From Podospora anserina (Eukaryota): a stretch of 64,000 nt of DNA. Below are positions 24,979 through 37,994 of the stretch, one piece after another. Every line of letters starts with the position of its first letter. Position 1 is the stretch's first letter. Position numbers and translations under genes: made by a program. The notes below the pieces were generated by a model. It made no database searches. It saw nothing but the letters and a program-made list of their open reading frames with translations, and was not told the DNA's origin. Location of the stretch: assembly GCA_017654855.1 (NCBI GenBank), contig CM030332.1, positions 3,224,001 through 3,288,000 on the forward strand. The letters run 5' to 3'.

Positions 24979-25850
24979 CTAGTGGTGAGCACCATCATCC
25001 TCCTCCTCCTCAACAAGCCAGTCCTCCACAACAGCCGTGGTCTGACCACCGCTGGCATCAACCTCGGAGCCCTCGACCTCGACAGCCATGCTCTCGTACT
25101 CCTTGAGGCTGGAGGCGAGGTCGGCCTCCTCGGGCGACTTGGGCGTCTTGGGGAGGTTGAAGGTGGCGACCTGGCCGACGGCGTCCGAGTCCTTGACGGG
25201 GGTGGGCTTGTAGGCCTTGAGCTCCTTGAGGTAGAGCTCCTGGACGAAGTCGGCTGTAAAACAGAGATAATCTGTCAGTATTATTATTCCTCAACGTGAA
25301 AATGATGACCAGTATTATGATATCGGGGTTCGGTCGTCGTCAGGGGGGGGTATCGTTGGTTGAAGTGGGTGGTTGGTGGTGGTGTTGTATCATGTCGAGC
25401 TTCCCTCCCTGTCCTCCACTATAGCTCCCCTCAAGCTTCCATCCACGTCATTCCCATTCTCCCCAATATCTCTCCTCTTTTCATATCCTTTCCCCAACCC
25501 TCCTTTTTCCTCCCTATCCACCCCATCTCCTTCCAGTTCGTCATCTCGGTGTCGGTATTCGTCATGGCTCCGTATCGCCCCTCGATCCCCCTCCCCTCCT
25601 CCCCTTAGTCAACAGAAATCCACATACCTCTCCTCGCAACAGTAGGAGCAATAAAAGTCCTAGCCTGCACAGCAACAGCAGTCCGGCCAGCAGCAAGTCT
25701 GGACACAGCCGAGACGGCCTTGGTCTGACAAAACGAGTCAATTTCCAAGTTCACACCAACACCAACACCAACACCAACAACCTTGTATTTAAATCAATTG
25801 AAACAATTGAAAGATGGATGGGTAGTACATACCGAAGCCCGGGAGAACAT
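24979..25850 (-). CDS. ATP14: Mitochondrial ATP synthase subunit h; exons 25850-25833, 25724-25628, 25253-24979
   Basis: Spliced reading: presequence MFSRASTKAVSAVSRLAAGR...ARR, then ADFVQELYLKELKAYKPTPVK..DAVGQV..F..PKTPKSPEE...DWLVEEEEDDGAHH*. Missed by the ORF track. Confidence 0.9.
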
Positions 25851-26447
25851 TTTGGAAAGGGTTGTGGTTGTTGTTGTGTTTTCGGGGGAGGAAAAAGAAG
25901 AAAACAACAAGGCCTAAACGCTCGAGGTGTCGTCGGAGTAGTCGCGGGGATGTGGAAAGGGTGTTGGTCGGCTGCTGCGGTAGTGGAGGTTCCTTGGCTG
26001 AGAGGTTTTCAAAAAAAAGCCCCCGGCTCAACGTCGTGCAGAGGGAGGTGCTCCCCCACCCAAAAGTTGCCGGGAATCATCGGTAGGCCGCGTCACGTGA
26101 TGGCCCCAGCTATCACCACTTGTCATTTATTCACTTTCCGAACTCATTCATTCAAGAAATTCAGGAACACCGTGGACGATACTCGAGCCTTTATCATCCA
26201 TAGATGCCTCGAATGAATTAATCACTGCATCCTAGCTCAGCCTCAACTCTCACACTGACTAGCACAAAGACAACAATCTAAGTCAAAACTCGGTACCAAT
26301 TCAACAACTCACGCCCAACTCGAGCCAAAGAAAAATAAAAAATAAAAACCTAGATAAAAACCCCGCGCATATGCCAATCCCGCATGTATCTATGAGCACC
26401 CGATGTCATAAATCTAATCCCAATACCCCCCATCTCAAACCCACCCT

Positions 26448-27897
26448 CTAAGCATACCTCCCACCATGCCGCCTCGACTCTTGGTACGGCCTCCTCATGT
26501 TACCAGGGACTCGATCTTCCTTATAGCTCCTCCCTTGTGCCTTCTGAGCCCCAATAACCGTAAACACCTTGGCAAGAATATAACATAGGAATATAACGCC
26601 GGCAACCACGCCGTAGGCGATCACGAGCTCTTGCCGCTCTCCGACAAGCCGGAGGCCCAACCCACCGTTGATGATGCCCAGCAGCATCAGGATCCGGCCG
26701 AGCCAGATGTGTACGTAACTGACGGCACCGCGGCTCTGCGTCTGAACATACTGACGATGATGAATGTAGCCGAGCGCAGGCTGTACCCCAAAAAAGGCAA
26801 CAACCACGGTACCGAGAATCGTGTGCGTCTGTGTGAAGAGCTGCAATGGCTGTCAGTCAAATTCTGACAGGGGTCTCATGAAGAAGAAAAAAACACTCAC
26901 CATATTCCGGTCTTTGGCGCTCTGAACACCGAGACCGAAAGCCGCCCACATCAGAGCAAAAGTGATCACCTGCCACGCTCCATGGACATACCATCTCCCA
27001 AGAAGCGGCATAAGAAGGGAGCCCAAAGGATAAAGCACTGCCATAACCAAAGCCCCGATAACACCGTGAGCTGCGAGAATCGCGGCGGCATTGGGGTTTC
27101 CTCTAGCCAGCGTTATCCCATTGCCCCCTGCGGGTGAACCGGAACCGGAACCGGAACCACCGCTACCACCAGTGTCGCGGGAGGTAAGGAAAGGATTACT
27201 ATCGGAGCTGATGGTTGCCGTAGTCAAATCGATATTGAACCCGGTATGGTCGCTGCCTCCGTGCTGAGAGATGGTGGCGCCCTTATTTGTCGTCGCCAAC
27301 GAAGATCCCGATCTCCAGGCTGCGATCCAAGGCACGCTGGTCCCCTGAAGAGACATCTCACCCCCATTCCAGGACTCGCAGTTCGCACACGCAACATTCG
27401 CCGTCATGATTCCACCAGCAACACCGCTTCCAGCGAGCAACGTCTGCAGGTGATGTCAGCGAGGGTCAAACTCCTACAAAACGATCTGGGAGAAGCAAAT
27501 CATACCAGTTGCGCCGCTGTGCTGCTCTGGTCCCACTGGGGCTGACTGTGGGCAGTTCCCAGGCGTGGCGAAATCGTCACGTTGCCGTTGCCGTCCTGGT
27601 ACATGACAAAGATGCTGGCGCCAGCCATCTGCGAGCCGGTGCCCAGAGCCACCCATGAGTACGACGTTGGCGCCTTCAACTGGAAGTAGATGTTGCCCGA
27701 ATTTGAGCTTGCCGAGGAGGTGGGAACGGCGATGCTGTAGCAGATGTTGTCGGTGGCACAAATGCTCTGAGGGTCGGCTTGTACCAGTCTGGCACCTATG
27801 ATGGTTGTCAGTATCATGCAATGTGGGCTTGGTGCTGTGAAAGAGACATACCCAGCAACGCCGAGGCCACCAACGACTTGCCCCCAACTCTCTTCAT
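26448..27897 (-). CDS. Secreted-domain membrane protein with a CDH-cytochrome-like DOMON domain and a cytochrome b561 TM domain; 4 exons
   Basis: Signal peptide, IYFQLKAPTSYSWVALGTGSQMAGASIFVMY, VTISPRLGTAH, CANCESW, AAHGVIG, HTILG and YVHIWLGR (heme-ligand His pattern). Confidence 0.85.
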
Positions 27898-30232
27898 TGT
27901 GTCAAATAATGCGTACCGGGAGGGAAAATACACCACCAAGAAGAACAAGCAACAACGTCAAAAGAAACCAACACACAAGGGACCAATAATTCCAAAAAAA
28001 AAAAAAAAAAAACTGGCGAACCAAAATAAGTTGCCCGAGGAAAAGTACACAAAAGGTGTTGGTTGGTTGTATTCGGTATCAAACCAAGAAAGAGACTGAA
28101 AAAAACGTTCTCAAGACCAGTTCCTATCCGTTAGATATATGAAGAACGGTTTTGGTGTTTTAGTTTAGGTCGGGGACAATCCCACACTCGCACCAGTGAC
28201 GGTTTCTGCAACGACGGGCTGGCAGCTTAACGAACTGGTGTAACGCGCGGGCTGGCAGGCGGCGGCGGCAAACTCTTTGGTGCTTCTTTCTTGACTTATT
28301 TTTGTAGAAGGAGGCGCGGTTACTGGGGGGGGGAAAGATACACACATAACAAAGCGCTTGCTGGGTTGTGTTTTGAAGAAGGGGCCGTTTAAACTTAGTA
28401 ACTGACTCTCTCACAAACAAACCCCGAAAATGTGTTGCTGATGCAGGAACGAGAACGGGAAGGGGGGGTGATGATAGGGCTGGAATGAGGTCAGGAAAAT
28501 ATTCCGGCCGGAAAGAAGAAGAAGAAGAAAAAGAAGAATGACAGGCCGCCTGAAGTTATAGGGGAGGTTTCAGCTCTATGATGGGCAGGGACGATTTTCA
28601 TAGTATTCCTATTTTGTAACTCCTTGATGCAAGCCCCTCCTTCCTCCCACGAACCCGGGGCGATGCATGCGGTTGCTGATGGGATGGATGGATGGGATGA
28701 AAGCCCCCTCTCCCCGTCCATCCTTCACCTCGGCGCTTGCCATGTTCGTCCTCTTGGTTGTCAGTCAGATCAGACCTCCTCAATATGCAAAGCGGCGCGG
28801 CAGTACCTATCCAGTCCGGTCTTTTCTCAGCCGCTCCCATTTGCCTAACCAATCCACGCCAGTCCATTTCTCAGACACCAAGTGCGATCCTTGTGTGATA
28901 GGAGACATACGTATGTCTCAAGAAAAAAGAAACGGGCTGACGGACATGCAACGCTCGGCGAATTGATAGATCTGTTGAACTGCTCACTCTTGGCAGCATC
29001 ATCTTTTCCGATAGAACGAAACCTTCAAAGCGCGGCTCAGCCACAACCGTCCACGTTTGCCCATCCCTTTCCCCCGGACACCAACACCGACATCCGTCAT
29101 ACTCGGACCCGAAGAACAACAACACCTACCTTCTTGCTTTCTTCCTCCCTCACGGCACACGGCACGCACCATCACCGTGAAACGAACAGCGAGAGGGAAG
29201 GGTAATGACGTCCCTCGCCCAAAAAAAAGGCAACGAATGGCTAACCCCCAGATGCGGTGGTGGTGAGATCCTCCCCCGGCCCGCTCCAGGAACGACTTAC
29301 AATACCTAACACCAACCAACCGACCAAACTCAGTCTAGCGCCTGCCCTGCTGGGCTAGGCGAATAATAAACTGCCGAGCTTTTGGGCTGCGCTTGGTTCT
29401 TCAACTAAACTTCAGACGAGCGTTAGTGTGCCAAATGCACTGCGGTGTAACAGCACTTTGTCGATCAAGATTGTGTCCGTGGTATGTATTTATTCAGGGC
29501 CACACATTGCGAACGTTGGGATGGGGGAAGACGGGATGACGACAGGCTGGTTGTTGAACGGTGCACGACGGTCAGAGGGGCAGTGATCCCCGGTCACGGC
29601 CAGCCTAGTTAGGTCTGACATGGTGAGGACCAAGTAGATAGTCGCATTTGTCCCAGTCTGGGCCTTTCTCGAAAGGTAAAGGACAAGACTGTAGATCCTA
29701 CTAGTTCCCGCTGCTTGCGGCTGGGTGGCTGGCTTGCCCCTCCCCCACCATCTCGTTTCCATTCCTTCACCAGCCTGTTCGTCTCAGATTACGCAAAGTA
29801 ACCCCCCTCCCCAGGGGTTCGGGATCCCTTGGCCAGCAAATAGTTCGGTATAAAAGGGGGCAGATATACGCTCTCTCTGCCGTTCCGTCCCATCCCATCC
29901 CATCCGCACTTGTACAAGCCTCTTCTTACACCCTTTGCCAAGTGTGAGAATTACGCGTCATCAAACTTGCTCATGTACAGCAGGCACATCACATAACGCT
30001 TTCCAATCCAGTCCAGGAAGAGTGATGGTCGATCCCTTGTTAGGAGTTGTGATTAGGATATCATGAGTAAACAAAAGTGAGGCCGCCGATGACGACTGAC
30101 ATCGAGATACGGCAGTTTGGTCACCAAAACAAGCATAGCAAGACAGTTTTGGACAGGACAAACCCAAACAGAAAAAGAAAAAAGAAAAAAGAAAAAAGAG
30201 CAAACTTCCCATTGACAAACCCCACCTCACTC

Positions 30233-30235
30233 TTC

Positions 30236-30281
<46 letters not shown>
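30233..30281. repeat. (CT)n microsatellite
   Basis: Seen directly. Confidence 0.9.
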
Positions 30282-30283
<2 letters not shown>

Positions 30284-30618
30284 CCTCTATAGTAGAAATA
30301 CTGTAATTTCTAGTCGGTCTAGCTTGCTCTCTGCTTGGTTGGCCATGCTCTAACTTCTTTCTCTGTAAAAGATAGAAGAATGATGTGTCCACAATTGCCC
30401 CTCGCTCGCTTGCTTCTGTTTTCTTTTTCTTTTTCTTTTCTTTTTTTTTTTTTTCACAACCAAAAACGCCTCGCCCAACTGCCCGAATTAAAAATAAAAT
30501 AAATAAAAAAAAGTTCTTCCGTCTCTTGTCCCGCCAAAGGTCTCTTCATTTTGTTTCACCCAATTCAAAAACGTCTCTCTCCCTAGTCTCCCCCTTCCCA
30601 TACACACACCTCATCCTT

Positions 30619-32244
30619 CTAAACCCTCTGCATCCCCCCAAACCCATGACTCTCCAACAAACTGCTCGAAGCCACAAAACTAAAACCCCCAAAAGGATCA
30701 TCCCTATCAACAGCCTCCCTCCTGCCCACTCCCTGCACACTCCCCATCTCCCTCCCGCCCCAACTCCCCGCCTGATCAAACCTCGACACAACCGGACTCA
30801 AACTCAACTCGGTAAACTCGGCCGAGAAATTCTCCGCCAGCTCCGGGTCAGAAATATACGGCTGAATCGGCGGCTCCACCTCCCTCGCCTGCAGCGCCTT
30901 CCAGTTGATCTTGCGGAAGAACCTGTGCTTCTTGATCGTCTCCAGATCCTTCGGCATGTTGCTCCCCAGGCGCTTGGCGGGATCCTTGCGCAGCAATCTG
31001 GTAAGGAGATCCTTCGCGTCCGGACCCAAAAAGTAAGGCAGCACCAACTTCTGCTTGATGATGTTGTCCTGAATCTTCTTGTTGTTTGGTCCGCGAAAGG
31101 GGGGGTTCCCAGTCATGAGATCGAAACCAAGCGCGCCCAAAGACCACCAGTCAACCGCCTTGCCGTACTTCTTGCCTTGAATCACCTCGGGAGCCATGTA
31201 CTCGACCGTTCCCAGGATCGAGTTGCACGTGTCTGAGTCGACTGCCACTTTGGAAAGGCCAAAGTCGGTCAGCAAAAGGTGGCCCTGAGAGTCGAGGAGG
31301 CAGTTCTCCGGCTTGAGATCGCGGTAAACCACGCCCAGGTTCTGGTGGAGATGAGACAAGGCGAGAACCATCTCGGCCATGTAAAAGGCGGCAGTCTCTT
31401 CGCTGAACATCCTTTCCGTACTGAGATGAGTGAACAGCTCGCCACCCTGGCCGTACTCGAGGATGAGGTACAGTTTCTCCTGGTCCTGGAAGGCGTAGTA
31501 CAGCTTGACAACAAAAGGGTGACGGTTGACGCTCTCGAGGATCTGGCGCTCCGTCTTGGTTTGCTCCACCAGCTTCTTGTGCACGACGAGAGAGGCCTTT
31601 TTGAACTGCTTCTGCGCGAAAAGGCGGCCTGTGGCCTTCTCCTTGACGAGCAAGACGGTTCCATAGGTTCCCTTCCCGAGACACTTGAGAGGTTCAAAGT
31701 CGTCCGCCGTCATCTTAGGACGGGGAGGCACAACCTCGCTAGCAGCGTTGGGGACATCGCTGACAAAGTCGTGCTCGAGGTTGATCTCGTAACTGGTAGA
31801 TCCCACCGAAGCCGTCTCATCGCTACTGCTGGCGCGGCTCTTCAAAGTGCTTCCACGGGAAAGGGGGCGGCTGTCACGGCGGCCGCTGCTGATCGTAGTC
31901 TCGCTGGAGAACGGCGAGGAGGCCTGGTGCTCGCTGCTGCGGGTCAAGGAGCTGGCACGGGAAGAAGCGGCGGTCGTGTCGTTGCTGTTGAGGCTGAAGT
32001 TCTCGATTTGCATACGCAACTTTCCTATGCCGCTTATGCCAGGGGAGGTAACGGGCTTCAGCATAGGGCTGCAGTTAGCACTGACGACGTCGCCCAACAG
32101 GTGGGTCGCCTTCTGGGCCCGCCTGCTAGGGGTCTTTGGGGCCGCGGGGCAGCCGCAATGATCAGAGTCCTCATCGCCAGAGGCCCCGGGGGTGTTATTG
32201 AACCCGCGCACCGTCTTGAGCGCGGGCGTCGCCTTTGCAATCAT
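30619..32244 (-). CDS. psk1: p70 S6 kinase-like AGC kinase (Psk1/Ypk3 type)
   Basis: LGKGTYGTV, ERQILESVNRHPFVVKLYYAFQD, YRDLKPENCLL, GTVEYMAPE, DPELAENF and hydrophobic motif FGGFSFVAS. Confidence 0.88.
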   Translation of the reverse strand: MIAKATPALKTVRGFNNTPGASGDEDSDHCGCPAAPKTPSRRAQKATHLLGDVVSANCSPMLKPVTSPGISGIGKLRMQIENFSLNSNDTTAASSRASSLTRSSEHQASSPFSSETTISSGRRDSRPLSRGSTLKSRASSSDETASVGSTSYEINLEHDFVSDVPNAASEVVPPRPKMTADDFEPLKCLGKGTYGTVLLVKEKATGRLFAQKQFKKASLVVHKKLVEQTKTERQILESVNRHPFVVKLYYAFQDQEKLYLILEYGQGGELFTHLSTERMFSEETAAFYMAEMVLALSHLHQNLGVVYRDLKPENCLLDSQGHLLLTDFGLSKVAVDSDTCNSILGTVEYMAPEVIQGKKYGKAVDWWSLGALGFDLMTGNPPFRGPNNKKIQDNIIKQKLVLPYFLGPDAKDLLTRLLRKDPAKRLGSNMPKDLETIKKHRFFRKINWKALQAREVEPPIQPYISDPELAENFSAEFTELSLSPVVSRFDQAGSWGGREMGSVQGVGRREAVDRDDPFGGFSFVASSSLLESHGFGGMQRV

Positions 32245-33525
32245 GGTCGTCGTGGTCGCCGTGGCGTGTGTTGTCGTCTAATATGTCAATTGTCAATGTC
32301 TCGTCAATGTATCGAAATCAGATGACCTGGTTTTCCCCCAAGGTCCTGAGCCGATAACGTGCGAATCCGAGTCTCATAAAATCCGGAGGTCGCAAAAAGG
32401 CAAACCGTTCAAGGCTTTCCACGACGCCGTCCAGCGTCAGCGCGCACTTCGGTGTCTCGGCTCAGTCCCTTGTGGCTTGGAGTCGCACGCATCTGGTACT
32501 TGAAGAAAGAAGAAGAATTGTCTTGCGCGGTCGTTTGGATATGCATTGATGGTCGGGTCGGTCGTTCGGGGAAGTCGTGGTGGTGAGAGCCTGGAGAAGG
32601 TCGCTGTTCGCGTGGGAAAATGCGAGAGAAGGAGGGAACCTTGATTTTTGAACATTTCAAGAAAACGTGTGGTTCACGGTCCAGTCCTGCGGCCGGGCGG
32701 TCGTACATGCGGCGCTGTCTGGCACCGCCTAGTGGTGCCATGCCCGCTGCAACTACCTACAGGCGCCCAGATCCCCCACTAAAAAGTCCCAACCAGCGGG
32801 AGCCTGAGAAAAAAAAATTCGCGTCAGCACCCACCGGAGAGCCCGCTCATTGGGTCCAGGCCGTCCTTTCAGTCCCAGATCGCCCTGTTTTTCTGCGTCT
32901 TGAAGGGTCGGCGCTGCCGCCAGATTCCTTGGTCATCTGGGGTACCTATTCATGCCCAGCTTCCCCGACCTCGAATACGGCCATGTAATCCACGGAAGCA
33001 AAAGCAGGCTCTCCGTTCCGATGCAAACCGGTACGTAATGGAACTGAGGGATGTCATGCCAAATCAGCATGTTATGCCCGTGGCTGATTTAGTGTCTTTC
33101 ATGCCTGAATCGCACGCCGGCACGTTTCATTGTCTGCCCTAACAAGAAGGAGAACAAGCCAGACGGGTGTCAGGCACCGGTACCCGTAGCACAAAGGCTT
33201 CCAAGATCTCCCATGAGGCGGTTCAACAACAAAGCCATGCAAGCCACAGGAGAGGATATCGTGTTGATGCCTCCACCTCCCGGAGAAAGGTGCCGAGTAG
33301 CAATGTGAAAGGATGATGGGAACACCTTAATTTTAAGAGTCTAAAACCAGGCTAAAGCTGATGTCGCTTTAGGCCAGGGTTAGGGTTAAAAACTCCCTGC
33401 ATAATCGATGGCAGGTTGCCTGCCGGAGCTCAGACGCTCAAACTTGGGGGTGCAAGCCGCATTTCTCAAGTATCATGACCAGGAACCAGCCAAAAATACA
33501 AACAAAATCAATACCCACCGCAGTC

Positions 33526-35268
33526 ATGATGCACCCATCACGTAGGGCGTATGTTGAGGAGGCTGACACTGAGGTAAGGTCTATCATCCACACCCCTATC
33601 TGTCATGAATCGCAGCCGCTCAACATTACAGCCCGAACTCGAACTGACCCGCATCGTCGTTTGCAGGACCGAGGAAGTGGAGGCATTGACATAGATGCCA
33701 TTCGTGAGTAGCCTCCGATAACACCCCAAACACTTTGTCTCCCATGTACTGACTTTGTCCCAGCAATCGACCGCGACTATGACATCCCCGGAGCCGGCGC
33801 AGGCATTGCGCCCGAGAGAGCATCAGCCATCATCTCACAATTCGAGCGCAAGCGATTCGCCGCCACTATCGCGGTCCCAACCGACGATGGACGTGTCCGC
33901 GCCAAACTTCGAGAGCTAGGCGAGCCTATCACGCTGTTCGGCGAAGGACCGGTCGATCGACGCGACAGGTTACGAGAGCTTCTTACCGAGCAGGCGCAGC
34001 AGGCGACAGGCCAGGAGAGCGCAGATGTGGAGATGCAGGATGCTGGCAACGACGAGGAAGCGGAAGAGCAAGAGGAAGAGTTTTACTCTCGAGGAACACA
34101 GGAGCTTCTCGATGCCCGAATAGAAATCGCCAAGTTTACGATCCCCCGAGCGAAACGGCGCGTCGAGTTTCAGAAGAAGGAGGCTACGATTCCTCTCCGT
34201 ACCCATGTCAAGTTTAGGAAGGAGATCAAGGAGCGGCTTCAGACGTTTGAATTGCAAGCCAGTCAGACTGCGGGAGATCGTCATGTGAGCATGACGAGGT
34301 TTTCGCCAGATGGACAGATGATTGCGACTGGAAATTGGGGCGGTCAAGTCAAGCTTATCGATATACCGACTTTGGAGCATCGCAAGACGCTGCGAGGACA
34401 TACCAACAAGATCAGCGGTTTGGCCTGGAGGCCTGGTGCTACCCTTCCCGAGGCCAACATCTCGGAGGACACGGTCAACCTTGCTTCGGGTGGTGCAGAG
34501 GGCCAGGTTCATCTTTGGTCGCTAAACCAAGATACACCGCTATCGACGCTCTCTGGGCACTCGCAAAGAGTATGCCGTGTCGAGTTTCACCCTTCTGGAA
34601 AATACCTCGCATCTGCGTCTGAGGACACGTCGTGGAGGCTGTGGGATGTCGAAACAACAACCGAACTGCTTCTTCAAGAGGGACACTCGCGGGGAGTGTA
34701 CGCCGTAAGCTTCAACACCGACGGGTCCTTGCTGGCCAGTGCAGGTCTGGACAGTATTGGAAGAATCTGGGATTTGCGGTCGGGACGGACAGTCATGATT
34801 CTGGACGGGCATCTGGATGGCCACATCAAGCCGATCTACGGGCTGGACTGGAGTCCGGACGGGCACCGAGTCCTCACGGCCTCGGCAGATGGATGGATCA
34901 AATGCTGGGACGTGAGAAAAGTGCAGAGGACAGGCGGAATTGGTGCGCACACAAGCGCGGTATCAGATGTCAGATGGTTCAAGGGGATGGATGAGCCCGT
35001 TGACGGGAAGCCACCAGGCGAGGACGACAAGGGAAACCAGTTGCCAAAGAAGTCTGGGACGTTTTTGGTGTCGTCTGGGTTTGACCACAAGGTCAACATT
35101 TTCTCGGCTGATGACTGGGCTCTTGCTCAGTCGCTGAGCGGCCATACTGGCCCAGTAGCGAGTGTCGATGTAAGCCGGGACGGCAAGTGGATCATCAGCG
35201 GTGGACATGATCGGACTGTCAAGTTATGGGGTCGTAATGATGCAACCGGTCTGTATGGTGACTTTTAG
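33526..35268 (+). CDS. PRP4: U4/U6 snRNP WD40 protein Prp4; exons 33526-33573, 33668-33704, 33764-35268
   Basis: PRP4/SFM motif VPTDDGRVRAKLRELGEPITLFGEGPVDRRDRLR, and WD repeats RVCRVEFHPSGKYLASASEDTSWRLWD and ELLLQEGHSRGVY. Confidence 0.95.
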
Positions 35269-35884
35269 GGATCACTTCCTTGCAAGCCAGAGAGGGGAGG
35301 AACCGGGCCGGAATTAATGGGGATGTTAAATGTATAGTAGCTAGCTGTGAATTGATACCCGAATACAAAGACTGGTCTGGTGCCATTTTCATCCTCTGAA
35401 GAAGTACTTTTGTACCTACCTGTGTTGGACTTGGCCCAGATGCGGCGGCGAGATGCGCGGGCTGCGCTGGCGTCACAGGTTGCTGGGACCGACGCACGGG
35501 CCACATTTTAAGTGGTTTGCCGATAAAGGCCGATAAAGTCTTGGGGGATCTTGAATCTTGGGGTGATTGTTTGCTTTCAGCTTTTCCAACCTTCAAGCTT
35601 AACAGCCTACAACTCTTCATCGCGTCGCTCGACTTTTCTAGCAGTGATCCAGCTCGCCTTGATCGATTCCGACGACGACAACGACGACAACGACGACGAC
35701 GACGACGACGACTGCTCAATGAACGAGATCGAGTCCCACACTTGAGCAAGGGGGAGAGAGAGATCGATTCGATTCTCCACCGAAGGAAGCAAGTCGCCGC
35801 CGCCGCTCGAGCCAGGGAGTAGTTGCTTTTGTCTCTTGATCTTTTCGAGACGACACACACGACACGACACGAAGAGGCAAGGAA

Positions 35885-37466
35885 ATGTCTTCTTCCAACA
35901 ACTTTGACCGATACCGACCACCAAGAGAAGCACCCGCTCACCCGCCAAAACCGCCGTTTATCGCAGAGTACAACAACACTTCGCAGTCGTCATCGCCTGC
36001 TACTACTGGGAGAAGGCGCGAGGGAGGAGGAGGAGTGCCGCCTGCTGTACCGTCGCCTCCGGTTTATTCCTCCAGGACATCGCCGCCGCCGCCGCCGCGA
36101 CCGCTGCGGAGCGCCCCCTCGCCTGCCATGTCTAGCCCGCAGAGGTCGCAGCAGCAGAGGAGGGAGCAGTGGCTGTTCACGCTGGACGAGGTGAAGAGCA
36201 CGCCAAGCATCATGGACGGGCTGCCGATTGGGGAGGAGAGGTTGAGGAGGGCGAAGGGGGTGAATTTTATTTACCAGGCGGGCATGTTGCTGGAGCTGCC
36301 GCAGATTACGATTTGGGTGGCGGCGGTGTTTTTTCATCGGTTTTATATGCGGTATAGCATGGTTGAGCAGAATGGGGGCATACATCACTATGTAAGGAGG
36401 GTTTTTATATTCCTGGGAGAGTTGGATGAAACCGAACTAACCACGAGGAAAAATGATTTAGAATATCGCCGCCACGTCGTTGTTTTTGGCGAATAAGACG
36501 GAGGAAAACTGCCGCAAGACGAAGGACTTGATCATTGCTGTCGCCAAGGTGGCTCAGAAGAACACCAAGCTGATTATTGATGAGCAATCGAAGGAGTACT
36601 GGCGGTGGCGGGATTCGATCCTTGCGTTTGAGGAGATCATGCTCGAGACGCTTACCTTCGATCTCATGATTAATAACCCCTACGGCGAGATTTTTGACCT
36701 GCTGGCGGAGCTGGATCTGATCAAAAACCACAAGCTGCGGGATGGGGTCTGGGCTTTTTGCAACGACGCGTGTCTGACGGTGCTGCCGTTGGTGTTGAGC
36801 ACGAGGGAGGTGGCCATCTCGGCGATTTTCTTCTCGGCGACGGTGAACAAGGTGCAGATTGGGGATGTGAGGGGCCAGAGCTGGTGGGTGTACTTGGGGG
36901 GGACGGAGGAGATGGCGGCGTTGGGGGTGAATTTGATGTGTGAGTTTTATAGGGAGAACCCGCTGCGGAAGCAGGAGAAGCGTCCTCCCAGTCCGGAGTT
37001 TAGGCTGGAGAGCACGAGGAGGAGGGGGGATGTGGCTTTTGGGCTTGGGGGGATGATGGAGGTTGATAGTCCGGGGACTGGGACGCCGACGCCGGTGGGG
37101 ACAGATAGGGCTGGGACGCAGAGTCCGGGGCGGGGGAGGGTCAATGGGAACGGGGTTGTCAAGGAGGAGGAGGGGGGGGTGAAGAGGGAGGGGTCGTCGT
37201 CGGCCGAGGAAAGGAGGGCGGCGGCTGTTAGGGCGAGTGTGGAGAATGGGGATTCGGATGCGGCGTTGAAGGCTGCGGCGAATGAGTTGGGGGTTCATGA
37301 GAATGGGGATGGTGGTGGTGGGGGGTTGGTGTCCCCTGGGCCGATGCTGGCGGCGATCAAGAGGAAGAGTGCCGAGTTGGAGGATGCGGTGGATGCTGCG
37401 GAGAGGGAGGCGAAGAAGATTAAGTTGCAGGATGATGAGGATGAGGGGGAGATTAAGGGGTCTTGA
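35885..37466 (+). CDS. Transcription cyclin, cyclin K/T (Pch1/Bur2-like); one intron 36391-36461
   Basis: QWLFT..TPS, RRAKGVNFI, VFFHRFYMR, IAATSLFLANKTEE, and EEIMLETLTFDL. Confidence 0.88.
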
Positions 37467-37994
37467 TTGAGGAAGATAATGGGGGTGCGAGAGATTGGAC
37501 TGGTAGCACTTCCCTCTTCAGCGGTTGACTCTTTTGTTGACGTTATCATTATTTTTATTTGTTGTTTTGGAGTTTTTTTGTTGTTGTTTCCGGCGCCAAG
37601 GATTAGCGAACGGGATATTTAGGGGGTGGTTTAACCAGGAAAGGAGGGTTTTCATATCGAGGGGTTCAGATTCTGGTGTATCATTTTTTTTATATATATT
37701 TTGATATCCCTCTTTTTTTTAATCTTTTTTTTTTCTTTCCGTTTCATCTCTTACCTCTCCTTCTATTTCAATGCTAATAGGCGATGTGGAATGGGGGATT
37801 GTAGTCAGGCAGAATCTCTATGGTTTGAGAGATGATATATGTGTTGTCCGTTGTGTGTATCGGTCTGTGTGTGTGTGGTGAGTGATATTTGGATGGTGGC
37901 GGTAGGAGTAAGTATCATTATTATGACAAAAGTTTCAATAAATAGTGTTTAAACCTTTGTACCCCTTTCATTTTTTTTTATGTTGAATATATAT

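Noticed and set aside
30385-32325. Long + strand ORFs (283 and 348 aa)
   Set aside because: Antisense to the psk1-like kinase; low-complexity starts.
35665-35712. Poly-Asp ORF from the (GAC)n repeat
   Set aside because: Trinucleotide microsatellite in the cyclin 5' region, with no ATG-led coding context.
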